64,000 bases of DNA. It comes from Gordonia sp. (in: high G+C Gram-positive bacteria) (GTDB taxonomy: Bacteria > Actinomycetota > Actinomycetes > Mycobacteriales > Mycobacteriaceae). The translations under genes were made by a program, and so were the position numbers. Every line of letters begins with the position of its first letter. Position 1 is the stretch's first letter. Location of the stretch: contig NZ_JASGKZ010000002.1 of the NCBI RefSeq assembly GCF_047600385.1, positions 84,217-148,216 on the forward strand, read 5' to 3'. The notes under the pieces were generated by a model. That model was not told the origin of the DNA. It made no database searches and was given only the letters and a program-made list of their open reading frames with translations. This document shows, in pieces, positions 10,752 to 23,945 of this stretch.

Positions 10752-12062
10752 TCAGCCGATCCGGCCGAGCACCCGATCGACCGGCGGCGACACCCGCGCC
10801 GACGGCTCGGCGGTCACCTCGCAGGCGTCCGCCAGTCTGGCCAGTGCCGCGGCGAACCGTTCCGGGTCGTCCGCGTGCAGGGTCAGCAGCGGCGCCCCCG
10901 CCGCCACCGGGTCGCCCACCGACGCGTGCCAGGTGACCCCGGCCCCGGCCGAGACCGACGCCCCCGGCGTCGACCGTCCGGCTCCGAGCTCCCACGCCGC
11001 CAGGCCGACCGCCAGCGCGTCGAGCCGCACCAGGCGCCCCGAACTCGCGGCCGTCACCGTGTGCCGGTGCGGCGCCGCGGGCAGCGGCGCGGCCGGATCG
11101 CCGCCCTGTGCCGCGATCATCGCGCGCCAGGTGTCCATCGCCCGGCCGTTCGCCAGGTGTTCGGCGGGGTCGACGTCGCCGCGCCCCGCGACGTCGAGCA
11201 TCTCCCGGGCCAGGGCCAGCGTCAGCTCCACCACGTCGCGCGGTCCGCCGCCGGAGAGCACCTCGATCGCCTCGGCCACCTCCAGGGCGTTGCCCGCCGA
11301 ACGGCCGAGCGGCGACGACATGTCGGTCAGCAGCGCGCGCGTGCGCACCCCGGCGTCGGTCCCGAGTTCCACCATGGTGCGGGCGAGGTCCGCGGCGTCG
11401 TCGTACGTCGTCATGAACGCCCCCGACCCGACCTTCACGTCGAGGACCAGCGCCCCGGTCCCCTCGGCGATCTTCTTGCTCATGATCGACGCCGCGATCA
11501 GCGGGATCGAGGCGACCGTCCCGGTGACGTCGCGCAGCGCGTAGAGCCTGCGGTCGGCCGGCGCCAGCTCGTCCGACGCCGCGCAGATCACCGCGCCCAC
11601 CTCCTCCAGCTGTGTGCGCAGTCGGGTCGGCGACACCCGCGGCGACCAACCGGGGATCGCCTCCAGCTTGTCCAGCGTCCCGCCGGTGTGCCCCAGCCCC
11701 CGGCCGGACAGCTGCGGCACGGCGAGCCCGTACGACGCGATCAGCGGCGTCAGCGGCAGCGTGATCTTGTCGCCGACACCGCCCGTGGAGTGTTTGTCGA
11801 CGGTGGTCAGCGGCGCGCCGTCGCGCTGCAGTCCCGCCAGGTCCAGGGTGATCCCGGAGGCGATCATGGCCGCGGTCCAGTCGGCGATCTCCCGGCGGCT
11901 CATCCCCCGCCAGACGATCGCCATCGCCAACGACGCCATCTGTTCGGGCGCCACCGTCCCGGCGGTGAACCCGTGCACCACGGCGTCGATCTGCGCGGTG
12001 GAGAGCTCTCCGCCGTCGCGCTTGACGCCGATCACGCTGACCGGGTCGGTCGCGGCGCTCAT
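10752..12062 (-). CDS. deoA: Thymidine phosphorylase
   Basis: DKHSTGGVGDK, SGRGLGHTGGTLDKLE, SIMSKKIAEG. Confidence 0.95.
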   Translation of the reverse strand: MSAATDPVSVIGVKRDGGELSTAQIDAVVHGFTAGTVAPEQMASLAMAIVWRGMSRREIADWTAAMIASGITLDLAGLQRDGAPLTTVDKHSTGGVGDKITLPLTPLIASYGLAVPQLSGRGLGHTGGTLDKLEAIPGWSPRVSPTRLRTQLEEVGAVICAASDELAPADRRLYALRDVTGTVASIPLIAASIMSKKIAEGTGALVLDVKVGSGAFMTTYDDAADLARTMVELGTDAGVRTRALLTDMSSPLGRSAGNALEVAEAIEVLSGGGPRDVVELTLALAREMLDVAGRGDVDPAEHLANGRAMDTWRAMIAAQGGDPAAPLPAAPHRHTVTAASSGRLVRLDALAVGLAAWELGAGRSTPGASVSAGAGVTWHASVGDPVAAGAPLLTLHADDPERFAAALARLADACEVTAEPSARVSPPVDRVLGRIG

Positions 12063-12469
12063 CTGTCGCCTCGCCCGCGGGCCAGGTCTTCGGGACCGAA
12101 GGCCGCCGGCAACAGTTCGCCGAGCGGCCGGGGGCCGTCGGCGGAGTCGACGAGAAGTCCCGGACCCCCGAATTCCAGGAGGACCTGCCGGCATTGGCCG
12201 CACGGCGTCAGGATCGCGCCTCGGGCATCGCACACGGACACCGCACTCAGATGCCGGACACCCGCCGAAACGGCTCCCGCGACCATCGAGACTTCGGCGC
12301 AGACACCCAGACCGTATGAGACATTCTCCACATTGCCTCCGACCACGATGTGGCCCTGTTCACCTACTCCCGCAGCACCGACGGGAAAGCCCGAGTACGG
12401 CGCGTACGCCCTGGTCATCACCTCTTTCGCCGCCTCTCGGAGGGCATCGAAGTCGATTTGAGCAGTCAT
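12059..12469 (-). CDS. cdd: Cytidine deaminase
   Basis: YAPYSGFPVGAA, NVEN, CAE, PCGQCRQ zinc motifs. Confidence 0.95.
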   Translation of the reverse strand: MTAQIDFDALREAAKEVMTRAYAPYSGFPVGAAGVGEQGHIVVGGNVENVSYGLGVCAEVSMVAGAVSAGVRHLSAVSVCDARGAILTPCGQCRQVLLEFGGPGLLVDSADGPRPLGELLPAAFGPEDLARGRGDR

Positions 12470-12664
12470 CGGATCTCCTTTATCACGAAAAACTAAAAGG
12501 TAAGGCATACCTAATATCCAGACGGGTGGTAGGTCACATTGTTCCGGAGATTTATGACAACCCTCAGCATGGGTTTAAAGTCAGGTGACATCGGGCCCGG
12601 AGCGCTGCGCTGCGCGCTGTTCGAGTCCCGGGCAACAGTCGAGACACTGGAGGCGTACAACGCG

Positions 12665-13072
12665 ATGAGCACCCCCACTGAGGTCGCACCGGATCCGGTG
12701 CGCAAACGCTCCCTCTACCGCGGAGATCCCGGCATGTGGGCCTGGGTGCTTCAACGCATCACGGGCGTCACCGTCTTCTTCTTCCTCTTCGTCCACGTGC
12801 TCGACACCGCGGTGATCCGCATCAACGCGAACACCTACACGGAGATCATCGACACCTACAAGACTCCGCTGATCGGCCTCATGGAGATCGGCCTGGTCTT
12901 CTGCGTGCTGTTCCACGCGATCAACGGCATCCGCGTGATCCTGATCGACTTCTGGGGCAAGGGCCCGAAGTACCAGCGGCAGATGCTCTGGGTCGTCGGA
13001 GGCGTGTTCGCACTGCTGTTCACCGCCGCGACCGCCCGTCTGCTGCAGATCCTCATCAGCCACGCCCTGTAG
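12665..13072 (+). CDS. sdhC: Succinate dehydrogenase cytochrome b556 subunit
   Basis: LYRGDPGMWAWVLQRITG, FHAINGIRVIL; first gene of the sdh operon. Confidence 0.92.
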   Translation: MSTPTEVAPDPVRKRSLYRGDPGMWAWVLQRITGVTVFFFLFVHVLDTAVIRINANTYTEIIDTYKTPLIGLMEIGLVFCVLFHAINGIRVILIDFWGKGPKYQRQMLWVVGGVFALLFTAATARLLQILISHAL

Positions 13073-13085
13073 GAGTCTGAGAAAA

Positions 13086-13514
13086 ATGACCTTGGAAGCA
13101 AAGACCTTTCAGACGGACTACGACCGTCCGGCGAGCCTCGACGCCCCCCGCGCACCGCGCACCGGCAGCCGCTCCAACTTCGAGAAGTGGGCATGGCTGT
13201 TCATGCGCTTCTCCGGCATGCTGCTGGTGATCCTGGCCCTCGGCCACATGTTCATCATGCTGGCGTGGGACGACGGCGTGCACCGCATCGACGCCTCGTT
13301 CGTGGCCGCCCGCTGGCGCGAGCCGTTCTGGCAGGTCTGGGACCTGACCATGCTGTGGCTCGCCGAACTGCACGGCGCCAACGGCCTGCGCACGGTGATC
13401 TCCGATTACTCGCGCAACGACCGCACGCGCTTCTGGCTCAACGCTCTTCTGCTCATCTCGGTAGTGGTGGTGCTCCTGCTCGGCACCTACGCGCTCCTCA
13501 CCTTCGGCTCTTAA
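13086..13514 (+). CDS. sdhD: Succinate dehydrogenase hydrophobic anchor subunit
   Basis: WLFMRFSG, LHGANGLRTVISDY. Confidence 0.92.
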   Translation: MTLEAKTFQTDYDRPASLDAPRAPRTGSRSNFEKWAWLFMRFSGMLLVILALGHMFIMLAWDDGVHRIDASFVAARWREPFWQVWDLTMLWLAELHGANGLRTVISDYSRNDRTRFWLNALLLISVVVVLLLGTYALLTFGS

Positions 13515-13529
13515 GGAGATTCGACCCTC

Positions 13530-15284
13530 ATGCAGGAACACCGCTATGACGTGGTCATCGTGGGCGCCGGCGGCGCCGGGATGCGCGCGGCCATCGAGGC
13601 TGCACCCCGCGCCCGCACCGCCGTCCTGACCAAGGTCTACCCGACCCGCAGCCACACCGGCGCGGCCCAGGGCGGCATGTGCGCCGCCCTGGCGAACGTC
13701 GAGGAGGACAACTGGGAGTGGCACACCTTCGACACCGTCAAGGGTGGCGACTACATCGTCGACCAGGATGCCGCCGAGCTGATGGCCAAGGAGGCCATCG
13801 ACGCCGTGCTCGACCTGGAGAAGATGGGTCTGCCGTTCAACCGCACCCCGGAAGGCCGCATCGACCAGCGCCGTTTCGGCGGTCACACCCGTGACCACGG
13901 CAAGGCTCCGGTCCGCCGCGCCTGCTACGCCGCCGACCGCACCGGCCACATGATTCTGCAGACGCTGTACCAGAACTGCGTCAAGCACAACGTCCAGTTC
14001 TTCAACGAGTTCTACGCGCTCGACCTCAACCTGACCGAGGACGAGAACGGCGAGCCCGTCGCCAGCGGCGTCGTCGCCTACGAACTGGCCACCGGCGAGA
14101 TCCACGTCTTCCACGCGAAGTCGATCGTGTTCGCCACCGGCGGCTCCGGCCGCATGTACAAGGTGACCTCCAACGCCCACACCCTCACCGGTGACGGCAT
14201 GGGCATCATCTTCCGCAAGGGCCTGCCGCTGGAGGACATGGAGTTCCACCAGTTCCATCCGACGGGCCTGGCCGGCCTGGGCATCCTCATCACCGAGGGC
14301 GTCCGCGGCGAGGGCGGCATCCTGCGCAACGCCGACGGCGAGCGTTTCATGGAGCGCTACGCCCCCACCATCAAGGACCTCGCGCCGCGCGACATCGTCG
14401 CCCGCTCGATGGTGCTGGAGGTGCTCGAAGGTCGCGGCGCCGGCCCGAACAAGGACTACGTGCTCCTGGACGTCACGCACATCCCGGAAGAGACCCTGAT
14501 GGCCAAGCTGCCGGACATCATGGAGTTCTCGCGCACCTACCTCGGCGTGGACCCGGTGACCGAGCTGGTGCCGGTGTACCCGACCTGTCACTACGTGATG
14601 GGCGGCATCCCGACCACCATCACCGGCCAGGTGCTCGCCGACAACGAGCAGGTGGTCCACGGTCTGTACGCCGCGGGCGAGTGCGCCTGCGTGTCGGTGC
14701 ACGGCGCCAACCGCCTGGGCACCAACTCGCTGCTCGACATCAACGTCTTCGGCCGCCGGGCCGGGATCTCCGCCGCCGAGTACGCCAACTCGCACGACTT
14801 CGCTCCGCTGCCGGAGAACCCCTCGGCCATGGTCGAGGAGTGGATCGCCGCCATGCTCAGCGATCACGGCAACGAGCGCGTCGCCGACATCCGGACCGAG
14901 CTGCAGCAGTCGATGAACGACAACGCCGCCGTGTTCCGCACCGAGGAGACCCTCTCCCAGGCGCTGGTCGACGTCCGCGCGCTCAAGGCCCGCTACGACC
15001 ACGTCACCGTCACCGACAAGGGCAAACGCTTCAACAGCGACCTGCTCGAGGCCATCGAGCTCGGCTTCCTGCTGGAGCTGGCCGAGGTGACCGTGGTCGG
15101 CGCACTGAATCGCAAGGAGTCGCGCGGCGGCCACGCCCGCGAGGACTACCCCAAGCGCGACGACGCGAACTTCATGGTGCACACCATGGCGTACAAGAAG
15201 GGCGACGGGCTGCTCGCCGAGATCGAACTCGGCACCAAGCCCGTGGTCCAGACCCGTTACGAGCCGATGGAGCGGAAGTACTGA
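13530..15284 (+). CDS. sdhA: Succinate dehydrogenase flavoprotein subunit
   Basis: GAGGAG, RSHTGAAQGG, QFHPT, HGANRLG. Confidence 0.97.
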   Translation: MQEHRYDVVIVGAGGAGMRAAIEAAPRARTAVLTKVYPTRSHTGAAQGGMCAALANVEEDNWEWHTFDTVKGGDYIVDQDAAELMAKEAIDAVLDLEKMGLPFNRTPEGRIDQRRFGGHTRDHGKAPVRRACYAADRTGHMILQTLYQNCVKHNVQFFNEFYALDLNLTEDENGEPVASGVVAYELATGEIHVFHAKSIVFATGGSGRMYKVTSNAHTLTGDGMGIIFRKGLPLEDMEFHQFHPTGLAGLGILITEGVRGEGGILRNADGERFMERYAPTIKDLAPRDIVARSMVLEVLEGRGAGPNKDYVLLDVTHIPEETLMAKLPDIMEFSRTYLGVDPVTELVPVYPTCHYVMGGIPTTITGQVLADNEQVVHGLYAAGECACVSVHGANRLGTNSLLDINVFGRRAGISAAEYANSHDFAPLPENPSAMVEEWIAAMLSDHGNERVADIRTELQQSMNDNAAVFRTEETLSQALVDVRALKARYDHVTVTDKGKRFNSDLLEAIELGFLLELAEVTVVGALNRKESRGGHAREDYPKRDDANFMVHTMAYKKGDGLLAEIELGTKPVVQTRYEPMERKY

Positions 15285-16066
15285 TGACTGCCACCCTCGA
15301 AAACACGGTCGCGAACCAGCCGCCGCTGCCCCCGGTGCCGGATGAAGCGATCATGGTCACGCTCAAGATCTACCGCTTCAACCCGGAGAACCCGGACGCG
15401 CAGGGCTTCGAGAGCTTCCGCGTCCCGGCCCTGCCGGCCGACCGTCTGCTGAACCTGCTGCTGTACGTGAAGGGCTACCTGGACGGCACGCTGACCTTCC
15501 GGCGCAGCTGCGCGCACGGCGTGTGCGGCAGCGACGCGATGCGGATCAACGGCGTCAACCGGCTGGCCTGCAAGCTCCTGATGAAGGACCTGCTGCCCAA
15601 GGACACGTCCAAGGAGATCACCATCACCATCGAGCCCATCAAGGGCCTGCCGGTGGAGAAGGATCTGGTCGTGGACATGGAGCCGTTCTTCGACGCGTAC
15701 CGCGCGATCAAGCCGTTCCTCATCACCGACGGCAACGAGCCGACGCGCGAGTACATCCAGTCGCAGACCGACCGCGCCCGGTTCGACGACACCACCAAGT
15801 GCATCCTGTGTGCGTGCTGCACCACCAGCTGCCCGGTGTTCTGGACCGAGGGCTCGTACTACGGTCCGGCCGCGATCGTGAACGCGCACCGCTTCATCTT
15901 CGACAGCCGCGACACCGGCACCGTCGAGCGCCTGGACATCCTGAACGACTCCGACGGCGTGTGGCGCTGCCGCACCACCTTCAACTGCACCGACGCATGC
16001 CCCCGCGGCATCCAGGTGACGCAGGCCATCCAGGAGGTCAAGCGCGCACTGATGTTCTCGCGCTGA
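15284..16066 (+). CDS. sdhB: Succinate dehydrogenase iron-sulfur subunit
   Basis: SCAHGVCGSD, CILCACCTTSCP, CRTTFNCTDACP; TGATG overlap. Confidence 0.97.
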   Translation: MTATLENTVANQPPLPPVPDEAIMVTLKIYRFNPENPDAQGFESFRVPALPADRLLNLLLYVKGYLDGTLTFRRSCAHGVCGSDAMRINGVNRLACKLLMKDLLPKDTSKEITITIEPIKGLPVEKDLVVDMEPFFDAYRAIKPFLITDGNEPTREYIQSQTDRARFDDTTKCILCACCTTSCPVFWTEGSYYGPAAIVNAHRFIFDSRDTGTVERLDILNDSDGVWRCRTTFNCTDACPRGIQVTQAIQEVKRALMFSR

Positions 16067-16171
16067 CGCCGGGAACGCAGTGAGCGGGTCGCAGGCCCGC
16101 TGACGCCGGGAACGCAGTGAGCGGGTCGCAGGCCCGCTGACGCCGGGAACGAAGTGAGCGGGTCACAGACC
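16061..16171. repeat. 37-bp tandem repeat, 3 copies (third diverged)
   Basis: CGCTGACGCCGGGAACGCAGTGAGCGGGTCGCAGGCC at 16061 and 16098; variant at 16135. Confidence 0.9.
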
Positions 16172-16201
16172 CCGCATGACGCAGTCTTTCTCTGCAGCCC
16201 A

Positions 16202-16242
16202 GAAGAGCGCCCCGCCGGTTGATCCCGGTCGGGGCGCTCTTC
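16202..16242. terminator. Intrinsic terminator hairpin after the sdh operon
   Basis: GAAGAGCGCCCCG ... CGGGGCGCTCTTC inverted repeat. Confidence 0.8.
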
Positions 16243-16272
16243 GTCTTCTCCGCCGGTAGACTGACAGCCCTG

Positions 16273-17610
16273 ATGCGTTCTTCCACTGTCGTCCGGTCCC
16301 TGCTCGTCGCGGCCTCCACCGCTCTCGTCGTGGCTGCGGCCCCTCCCGTCTCGGCCGGCGCCGACCCGTCGTCGACGTCGACGTCGACGACGCACGGCAC
16401 CGTCGTCCCCACCGGTTCGCCCACCGCCACGACCGTCGACGGCCCCTGCCCGCACCGGGTGAACACGCCGCCGGCGATCGACGACTCCGAGGTGGTGGCC
16501 CCCGGCAAGACCGCGCCCGCTCCCCTGCCGGTGCCGTCCCCCGCGATCGGCGGGGAACGGCTCGGCGGGTGCGGGGTCGTCGCCGATCCGGCGGCCGGGC
16601 CCGTTCCGCGGAAGCTCACGTCCAAGGGGTGGCTGATCGCCGACCTCGACACCGGCACCGTGATCGCGGCGCAGGATCCGCACGGCCGGTACCGCCCGGC
16701 GTCGACCATCAAGATCCTGCTCGCGCTGGTGGCCCTGGACGAGCTCGATCTGAAGGACCGGGTCGTCGCGACCGTCGACGACTGGTCGATGGAGGGCGAT
16801 GCGTGCGGCCTCGGCCCCGGCGGCAGGTACACCGTGGACGACATGATCACGGGCCTGCTCGTCGTCTCCGGCAACGACTGCGCCAACGCGCTGTCCCGGG
16901 AGCTGGGCGGCTATCAGCAGACGCTGGACAAGATGAACGCCAAGGCGAAGGAGCTGGGGGCGCTGGACACCCGGGCCGCGACGCCGTCGGGTCTGGACTC
17001 GGCGGGCATGTCGACGTCGCCCTACGATCTCGCGGTGCTCTTCCGGGCCGGGATGCAGAACGACGATTTCCGCCGGATGACCGGCCTGGCGACCTACAAG
17101 TTCCCCGGCTATCCGCCCCGTAAGGACGTCCCCGGCGACACCGCCCATCCCGGGTACATGATGGCGACGTCGAACACGCTGCTGCGGGACGGGGTGCCCG
17201 GCATGACGATCCTGGGCGGCAAGACCGGTTTCACCGACGATGCGAAGAAGACCTTCGTCGGGGCGGCGGAGAAGGACGGCCGCCAGGTGCTGATCGTGCA
17301 GATGTTCGGTTTGAACGAGCAGGACAACAGCTACCACCAGCAGGCGGTCCGGATGTTCAAGTACGGGTTCGCGGCACCGGCGTCGGTCGAGGTGGGCACG
17401 TTGAACGCCGAGGCGGAGGAGACGACGACGGCGGCTCCGGCGGAGGAGGAGGATCGTTCGGCCGATCCCCGGGCCGCCGACACCGGGAGCGACTCGCTCG
17501 CCCTCGGCGCGCTGCCGCTGACCCTGATCGTCGTGGCCGCTCTCGCGGTGGCCGCGACGGTGTTGTTCCGGGTGCGGCGGCGGCGTCGTTCCGCCGAGGA
17601 CGACGAGTAG
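16273..17610 (+). CDS. dacB: D-alanyl-D-alanine carboxypeptidase (S11)
   Basis: SxxK (ASTIK), SGN and KTG motifs; signal peptide and C-terminal TM anchor. Confidence 0.9.
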   Translation: MRSSTVVRSLLVAASTALVVAAAPPVSAGADPSSTSTSTTHGTVVPTGSPTATTVDGPCPHRVNTPPAIDDSEVVAPGKTAPAPLPVPSPAIGGERLGGCGVVADPAAGPVPRKLTSKGWLIADLDTGTVIAAQDPHGRYRPASTIKILLALVALDELDLKDRVVATVDDWSMEGDACGLGPGGRYTVDDMITGLLVVSGNDCANALSRELGGYQQTLDKMNAKAKELGALDTRAATPSGLDSAGMSTSPYDLAVLFRAGMQNDDFRRMTGLATYKFPGYPPRKDVPGDTAHPGYMMATSNTLLRDGVPGMTILGGKTGFTDDAKKTFVGAAEKDGRQVLIVQMFGLNEQDNSYHQQAVRMFKYGFAAPASVEVGTLNAEAEETTTAAPAEEEDRSADPRAADTGSDSLALGALPLTLIVVAALAVAATVLFRVRRRRRSAEDDE

Positions 17611-17633
17611 CCGGGCTCACGACGACGCGGCGC

Positions 17634-18701
17634 TCACCCGCCCCGGCGCACCCACCCGTACACGGCGGCGGCCGCCGCGCCGACGCCCGCCGCGGTGAGC
17701 AGCGCCCGGGCCCGGGGGGCCTCGGAGGTCTCGTAGACCGGCGCCAGCACCACCTTGTCGGGTTCCTCGGTGACGCCGTCGAGCTCGTCGACGGTGAGGT
17801 ACTGCCGGTTCTTCGGCGACGACGCGGTCCAGGCCGACGCGTAGAGGACGATCCGGCACGCCAGGTACAGGAACACCATGACGCCCAGGATCGGACCGAA
17901 GGCGGCACCGGCCGGGCTGGTGAGCACCGATTTCAGGTACAGGCCGCCGACCTCCTGCAGCAGGTTGAAGATCACCGCGGTGACCAGCGCGGGCCAGCGC
18001 ACGGCCCGTAACGGCAGCTGCTGCAGCGGGAGTCGCGCGAGGACCACCGAGAACAGCCACCACGAGCCGGCCAGGGAGATCAGGGTCGACGCCCAGCGCA
18101 CCACGCTGCCCCGGCCGATGAGCCAGTCCAGGGCGAGCCAGTCGGTCAGCACGGTGATCACCGGCCCCGAGGCCAGCGCGGTGAAGGCGAAGGTGAGGAC
18201 GAACATCAGCCCCAGGCCCACGAACGTGACCAGGTCGAAGGCCTTGGACACCACCGCGCTCCGCTTGATGCGGCCGCCCCACATCTCGCTGAGCGCCGTC
18301 CGCACCAGCGACATCCAGGTGATCCCGGTGTACGCGGCGCTGAGCAGACCCACCACACCGACCGTGGCACGCGAGGCGATGGCCGATTCGATGATCCCGG
18401 AGACCGTCTTGCCGAGCTGGCCCGGCATGGCCGAGACCACGGCGTCGATCATCTGCTCGACCAGTTCGGGGCGGCTCGCCAGCACGAAACCGGCGGCGGC
18501 GAACGTCACCATCAGCATCGGGACCAGCGAGAGGATGAGGGTGAACGAGATCGCCGCGGCGTACGCGTTGCCGCGCCGCTGCTCGTAGCGCTCCACCGTG
18601 TCCAGGATGTGCGCCAGCCACGGCCAGCGGGCACGTTTGTCCTCGTACCACGCGGTGATCACCGCGACCAGCTGCTTGACCTTGCTCACCTGTGCACCCA
18701 T
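17634..18701 (-). CDS. YihY/YhjD/BrkB family inner-membrane protein
   Basis: GNAYAAAISFTLILSLVP, FGPILGVMVFLY; syntenic with trpS. Confidence 0.85.
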   Translation of the reverse strand: MGAQVSKVKQLVAVITAWYEDKRARWPWLAHILDTVERYEQRRGNAYAAAISFTLILSLVPMLMVTFAAAGFVLASRPELVEQMIDAVVSAMPGQLGKTVSGIIESAIASRATVGVVGLLSAAYTGITWMSLVRTALSEMWGGRIKRSAVVSKAFDLVTFVGLGLMFVLTFAFTALASGPVITVLTDWLALDWLIGRGSVVRWASTLISLAGSWWLFSVVLARLPLQQLPLRAVRWPALVTAVIFNLLQEVGGLYLKSVLTSPAGAAFGPILGVMVFLYLACRIVLYASAWTASSPKNRQYLTVDELDGVTEEPDKVVLAPVYETSEAPRARALLTAAGVGAAAAAVYGWVRRGG

Positions 18702-18821
18702 CAGGGTCCTCAGGCTACCGCCTCACCGCGCGGCATGTGCCGCCGGTCACCGAGGCCGTCGTACAGCCGATGCTCAGCGGATGTTCAGTGAGCGCTCAGC
18801 GGTCGCTCACCGGCGGCGGGC

Positions 18822-20702
<1,881 letters not shown>

Positions 20703-20710
<8 letters not shown>

Positions 20711-22070
20711 GGGTATCCACCGTAGCGGGCACCGGCTCGATCAGGTCGACGGGCCGTTCCCGAGGCCGGTCCGCCGAGCCGTCGCCGCTGCGCCGGGCCC
20801 GGGCGACGGCCGCGACCGCCACCGCGACCCCGCCGAACGCCAGCGCGGCACCGACCAGCGACGGCGCGCGGTAGCCCAGCCCCGCGGCGATCACCACGCC
20901 GCCGAGCCACGCGCCGAGGGCGTTGGCGATGTTGAGCGCCGAATGGTTCATGGCCGCGGCCACGGTCTGCCCGTCCTCGGCGACGTCCATCAGCCGGGTC
21001 TGCAGCGCCGGGATGGCCATGCTGCCGGTGCCGCCGACGACGAAGGCGAAGGGCACCGCCAGCCACCCGTTGCCGAGCAGCAGCGCGAACACCGCGAGCG
21101 CGACGCCGACGGCGAGCAGACCCGCGATCACTCCCAGATCGACGTTCCGGTCGGCGAGCCTGCCGCCGACGACGTTGCCGGCCACCATGCCCAGACCGAA
21201 CAGCATCAGGGCCACCGGGACGATGCCCTCCGGCACTCCTCCGACCGAGGTGAGGGCGGTGTTGAGGTAGCTGTAGAAGGCGAACATCCCACCGAAACCG
21301 ATCATCCCGACCGCCAGGGTCAGCAGGACCTGGGTGTTGCGCAGCGCGCCGAGTTCGGCGCGCATGTCGCTGGTCGCCATGTCGTCGAGCCCGGGCAGCA
21401 CGCGGATCAGCGCCGCCACGGTCGCCGCCCCGATCAGCACCACCAGGGCCAGCGCGGGACGCCAACCGAGCGCCTGCCCGATCCAGGTGGCCGCCGGGAC
21501 GCCGAGGACGTTCGCCACCGAGAGGCCGAGCATCACCTGGCCGACCGCTCGGGCGCGACGGCCCGGGGCCGCGACGTGTGCGGCGACCAGGGCCGCGACG
21601 CCGAAGTAGGCGCCGTGCGGCAGGCCCGCGACGAACCGGGCGGCGAGCAGGGTCGGGTAGTCCGGCGCCACGACGCTCAACCCGTTGCCCGCGGTGAACG
21701 CGATCATCAGCCAGATCAGGAGCCGCCGCCGCGGGACCCGCGCGGCGAACGCGGTGATCAGCGGAGCGCCGACGACGACGCCGAGCGCATACGCGGCGAT
21801 CAGGTTTCCCGCGGTCGGTTCGCTCACGGTGAGCGACGAGGCGATGTTCGGCAGCAGGCCCATCGCCACGAACTCGGTGGTGCCGATGCCGAAACCGCCC
21901 AGCGCCAGGGTCGGGATCACCCAGCCGGTGCGCACCGGCGGTCGACGACCGGTGCCGGTACCGGTGGACGCGCTCCCGGTGTCCGGGGTGCGGGCGGGCG
22001 ACGGAGAAGGCTGCTGTGAATGACGCACTCCGACCTCAACACACCGTCCCGGACCGACGATTCCCGCCAC
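20703..22070 (-). CDS. MFS transporter (AraJ/DHA1-like); true start probably near 22028 or later
   Basis: GFGIGTTEFVAMGLLP, ARFVAGLPHGAYFG, multiple TM segments. Confidence 0.88.
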
Positions 22071-22105
22071 GGGACATGACTCCTGTCACAGCCCGCCGAC
22101 CTCGG

Positions 22106-23945
22106 TCACTTCGAGCCGTAGGTCGCCGACCCGGTGGTCGACGACCGGCCCTTCCCCGGCGCCGTGACCGCGGGACCGGCGGTCCCCGAGATCGACGGCA
22201 GGTTCGGCAGACTCGGGACGTCCGGCACGGTCGACGGCAGGTTCGGCACCGGTACGGGCAGGATCTCCTGGATCGGTTCCGGGATCGGCGGAATCGGGAT
22301 GGTCGGGACCGGCAGCGCAGGCGCCTGCTGGATCGGGGCGGGTGGGATCGGCTGCTGAATCGGCTCCTGCTGGATCGGGGCGGGCTGGATCGCGGGGGCC
22401 TGCGGAACCGGCTGCGGCGACACGGGCTGGACCGGAACGGGCGGAATCGGCACAGGAAGGGCAGGCACAGGAAGGGCAGGCACAGGCAGAACCGGAGCCG
22501 ACTGCGGCTGAGCGGGCTGCGGCTGAGCGGGCTGGGGCTCGACCGGCGGAGCCGGCTGGGGCACGACCGGCTGGGGCCGAGTCGGCGGGACCTGCGCGGG
22601 CGGAACCGGGAGTTCGGGTGCCGGGCGATCGAGCGTCGGGAGTTCGGGTGTCGGGAGTTCGGGTGTCGGGAGTTCGGGCGCCCCGGCCGGGGCCTGACTG
22701 CGGGCGGCCTCCAGTGCGGTCACCACCTCGACCAGCCGGTCCCGGATCTGCTTCGCCACCGCCACGTCCACCGTGACGTCGACGGTCACCGCCGAGGGCT
22801 CCGTCTTCCCCTCGGGCGGCACCGGGTCGAACAGCCGGATCGACGGCGTCACGGTGACCGAGGGCAGCCCCGGTTCGGGGAGCAACGACAGACCGGGGGT
22901 CACGATCGACGGCAGGGCGGCGCCCGAGACACCGAGATCCAGCGACCCCGCCAGTCCGGGCCCGAGCGGCGGGCGTTCGGCGCCGGGGTTCTCACCCGGC
23001 ACCTCCAGTCCGGGTTCCTCGGGGGTGCTCAGTCCCGGCGAGCCCGGGAACAGCGGCCCGGTGATCAGCCGGGGCAGTGCGGGCAGCCCGGCGGAGATCA
23101 GCACCGGATCCACCGCGTCGTGCAGCACCTGCACCAGGGCGGGCGGCGACTCGACCAGGCAGTCGGACGTGGACCCGTCCACCGCGGTGTCGCACGCCCA
23201 GGGCATCGTCGTGCACCGAGGCGTTCATGCGCGCCGGATAGTAGCCGTGCTTGGTGAAGTAGCCGACCAGGCCGTCGATCGCGCTCAGCGGACGGCGGAC
23301 CGGCGAGGTCAGATCGCAGATCGGGTCGCCCTGCAGGCAGTACTGGGTCACCGGGACCGAACCGAAGGCGCCCTCGCGCGGACCGGACATGGTCAGACCG
23401 GGAATCAGCCCGACCAGCACGTTCTCGATGCCGCGGCCGTCGCTGCCACCGGCGCGTCGCGGATCGGAGTACAACTCGCCGGACAGTCCCTGCGCGGAGA
23501 CCCCGTTCTCGCCCCGGCCGTTGCCCGCCTCGGACAGGACGTCACCGGCGATACGCGCGCCCTGCGAGTAACCGGCGATCACCACGGGACGTCCCGGGCA
23601 GCGTCGCTGGTATCCGGCGACCGCCCGCTCGGTGGCGGCCTTGCCGATGGCCACGTCCTCGTCGTACGGGGTGGGGCCGAGCGGCCAGAGATCTGTCGGA
23701 TAGTCGACGTAGGTCACCTGGTAGCCCTGGGCGCGGTAACGCTGAGCCACCCCGGTGACTCCACCCGTGGGCAGTCCCTCCGTATTCCGCGGCGCGTTGG
23801 TCCCCGCGACGACCACCGCCGCACCCTGGCCGCAACCGACGGGCGCCGCCGCCACCGCCGACATCGTCGTTCCCGCGACGACGGCCGCCGCCACACCGGC
23901 GGCCATGACACCGATCCCCGTCCCCACGCTGAATCTCTTCGACAT
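22106..23945 (-). CDS. Secreted PE-PPE/cutinase-like alpha/beta hydrolase with long Pro/Gln-rich tail; +1 frameshift at about 23202
   Basis: Signal peptide, GYSQG nucleophile, GDPICD. Removing one G of GGG 23201-23203 joins ...HDDA to WACDTAVDG... of ORF 22106..23206. Confidence 0.75.

Noticed and set aside
16061-16171. Possible mini-CRISPR after sdhB
   Set aside because: Contiguous tandem units with no unique spacers.
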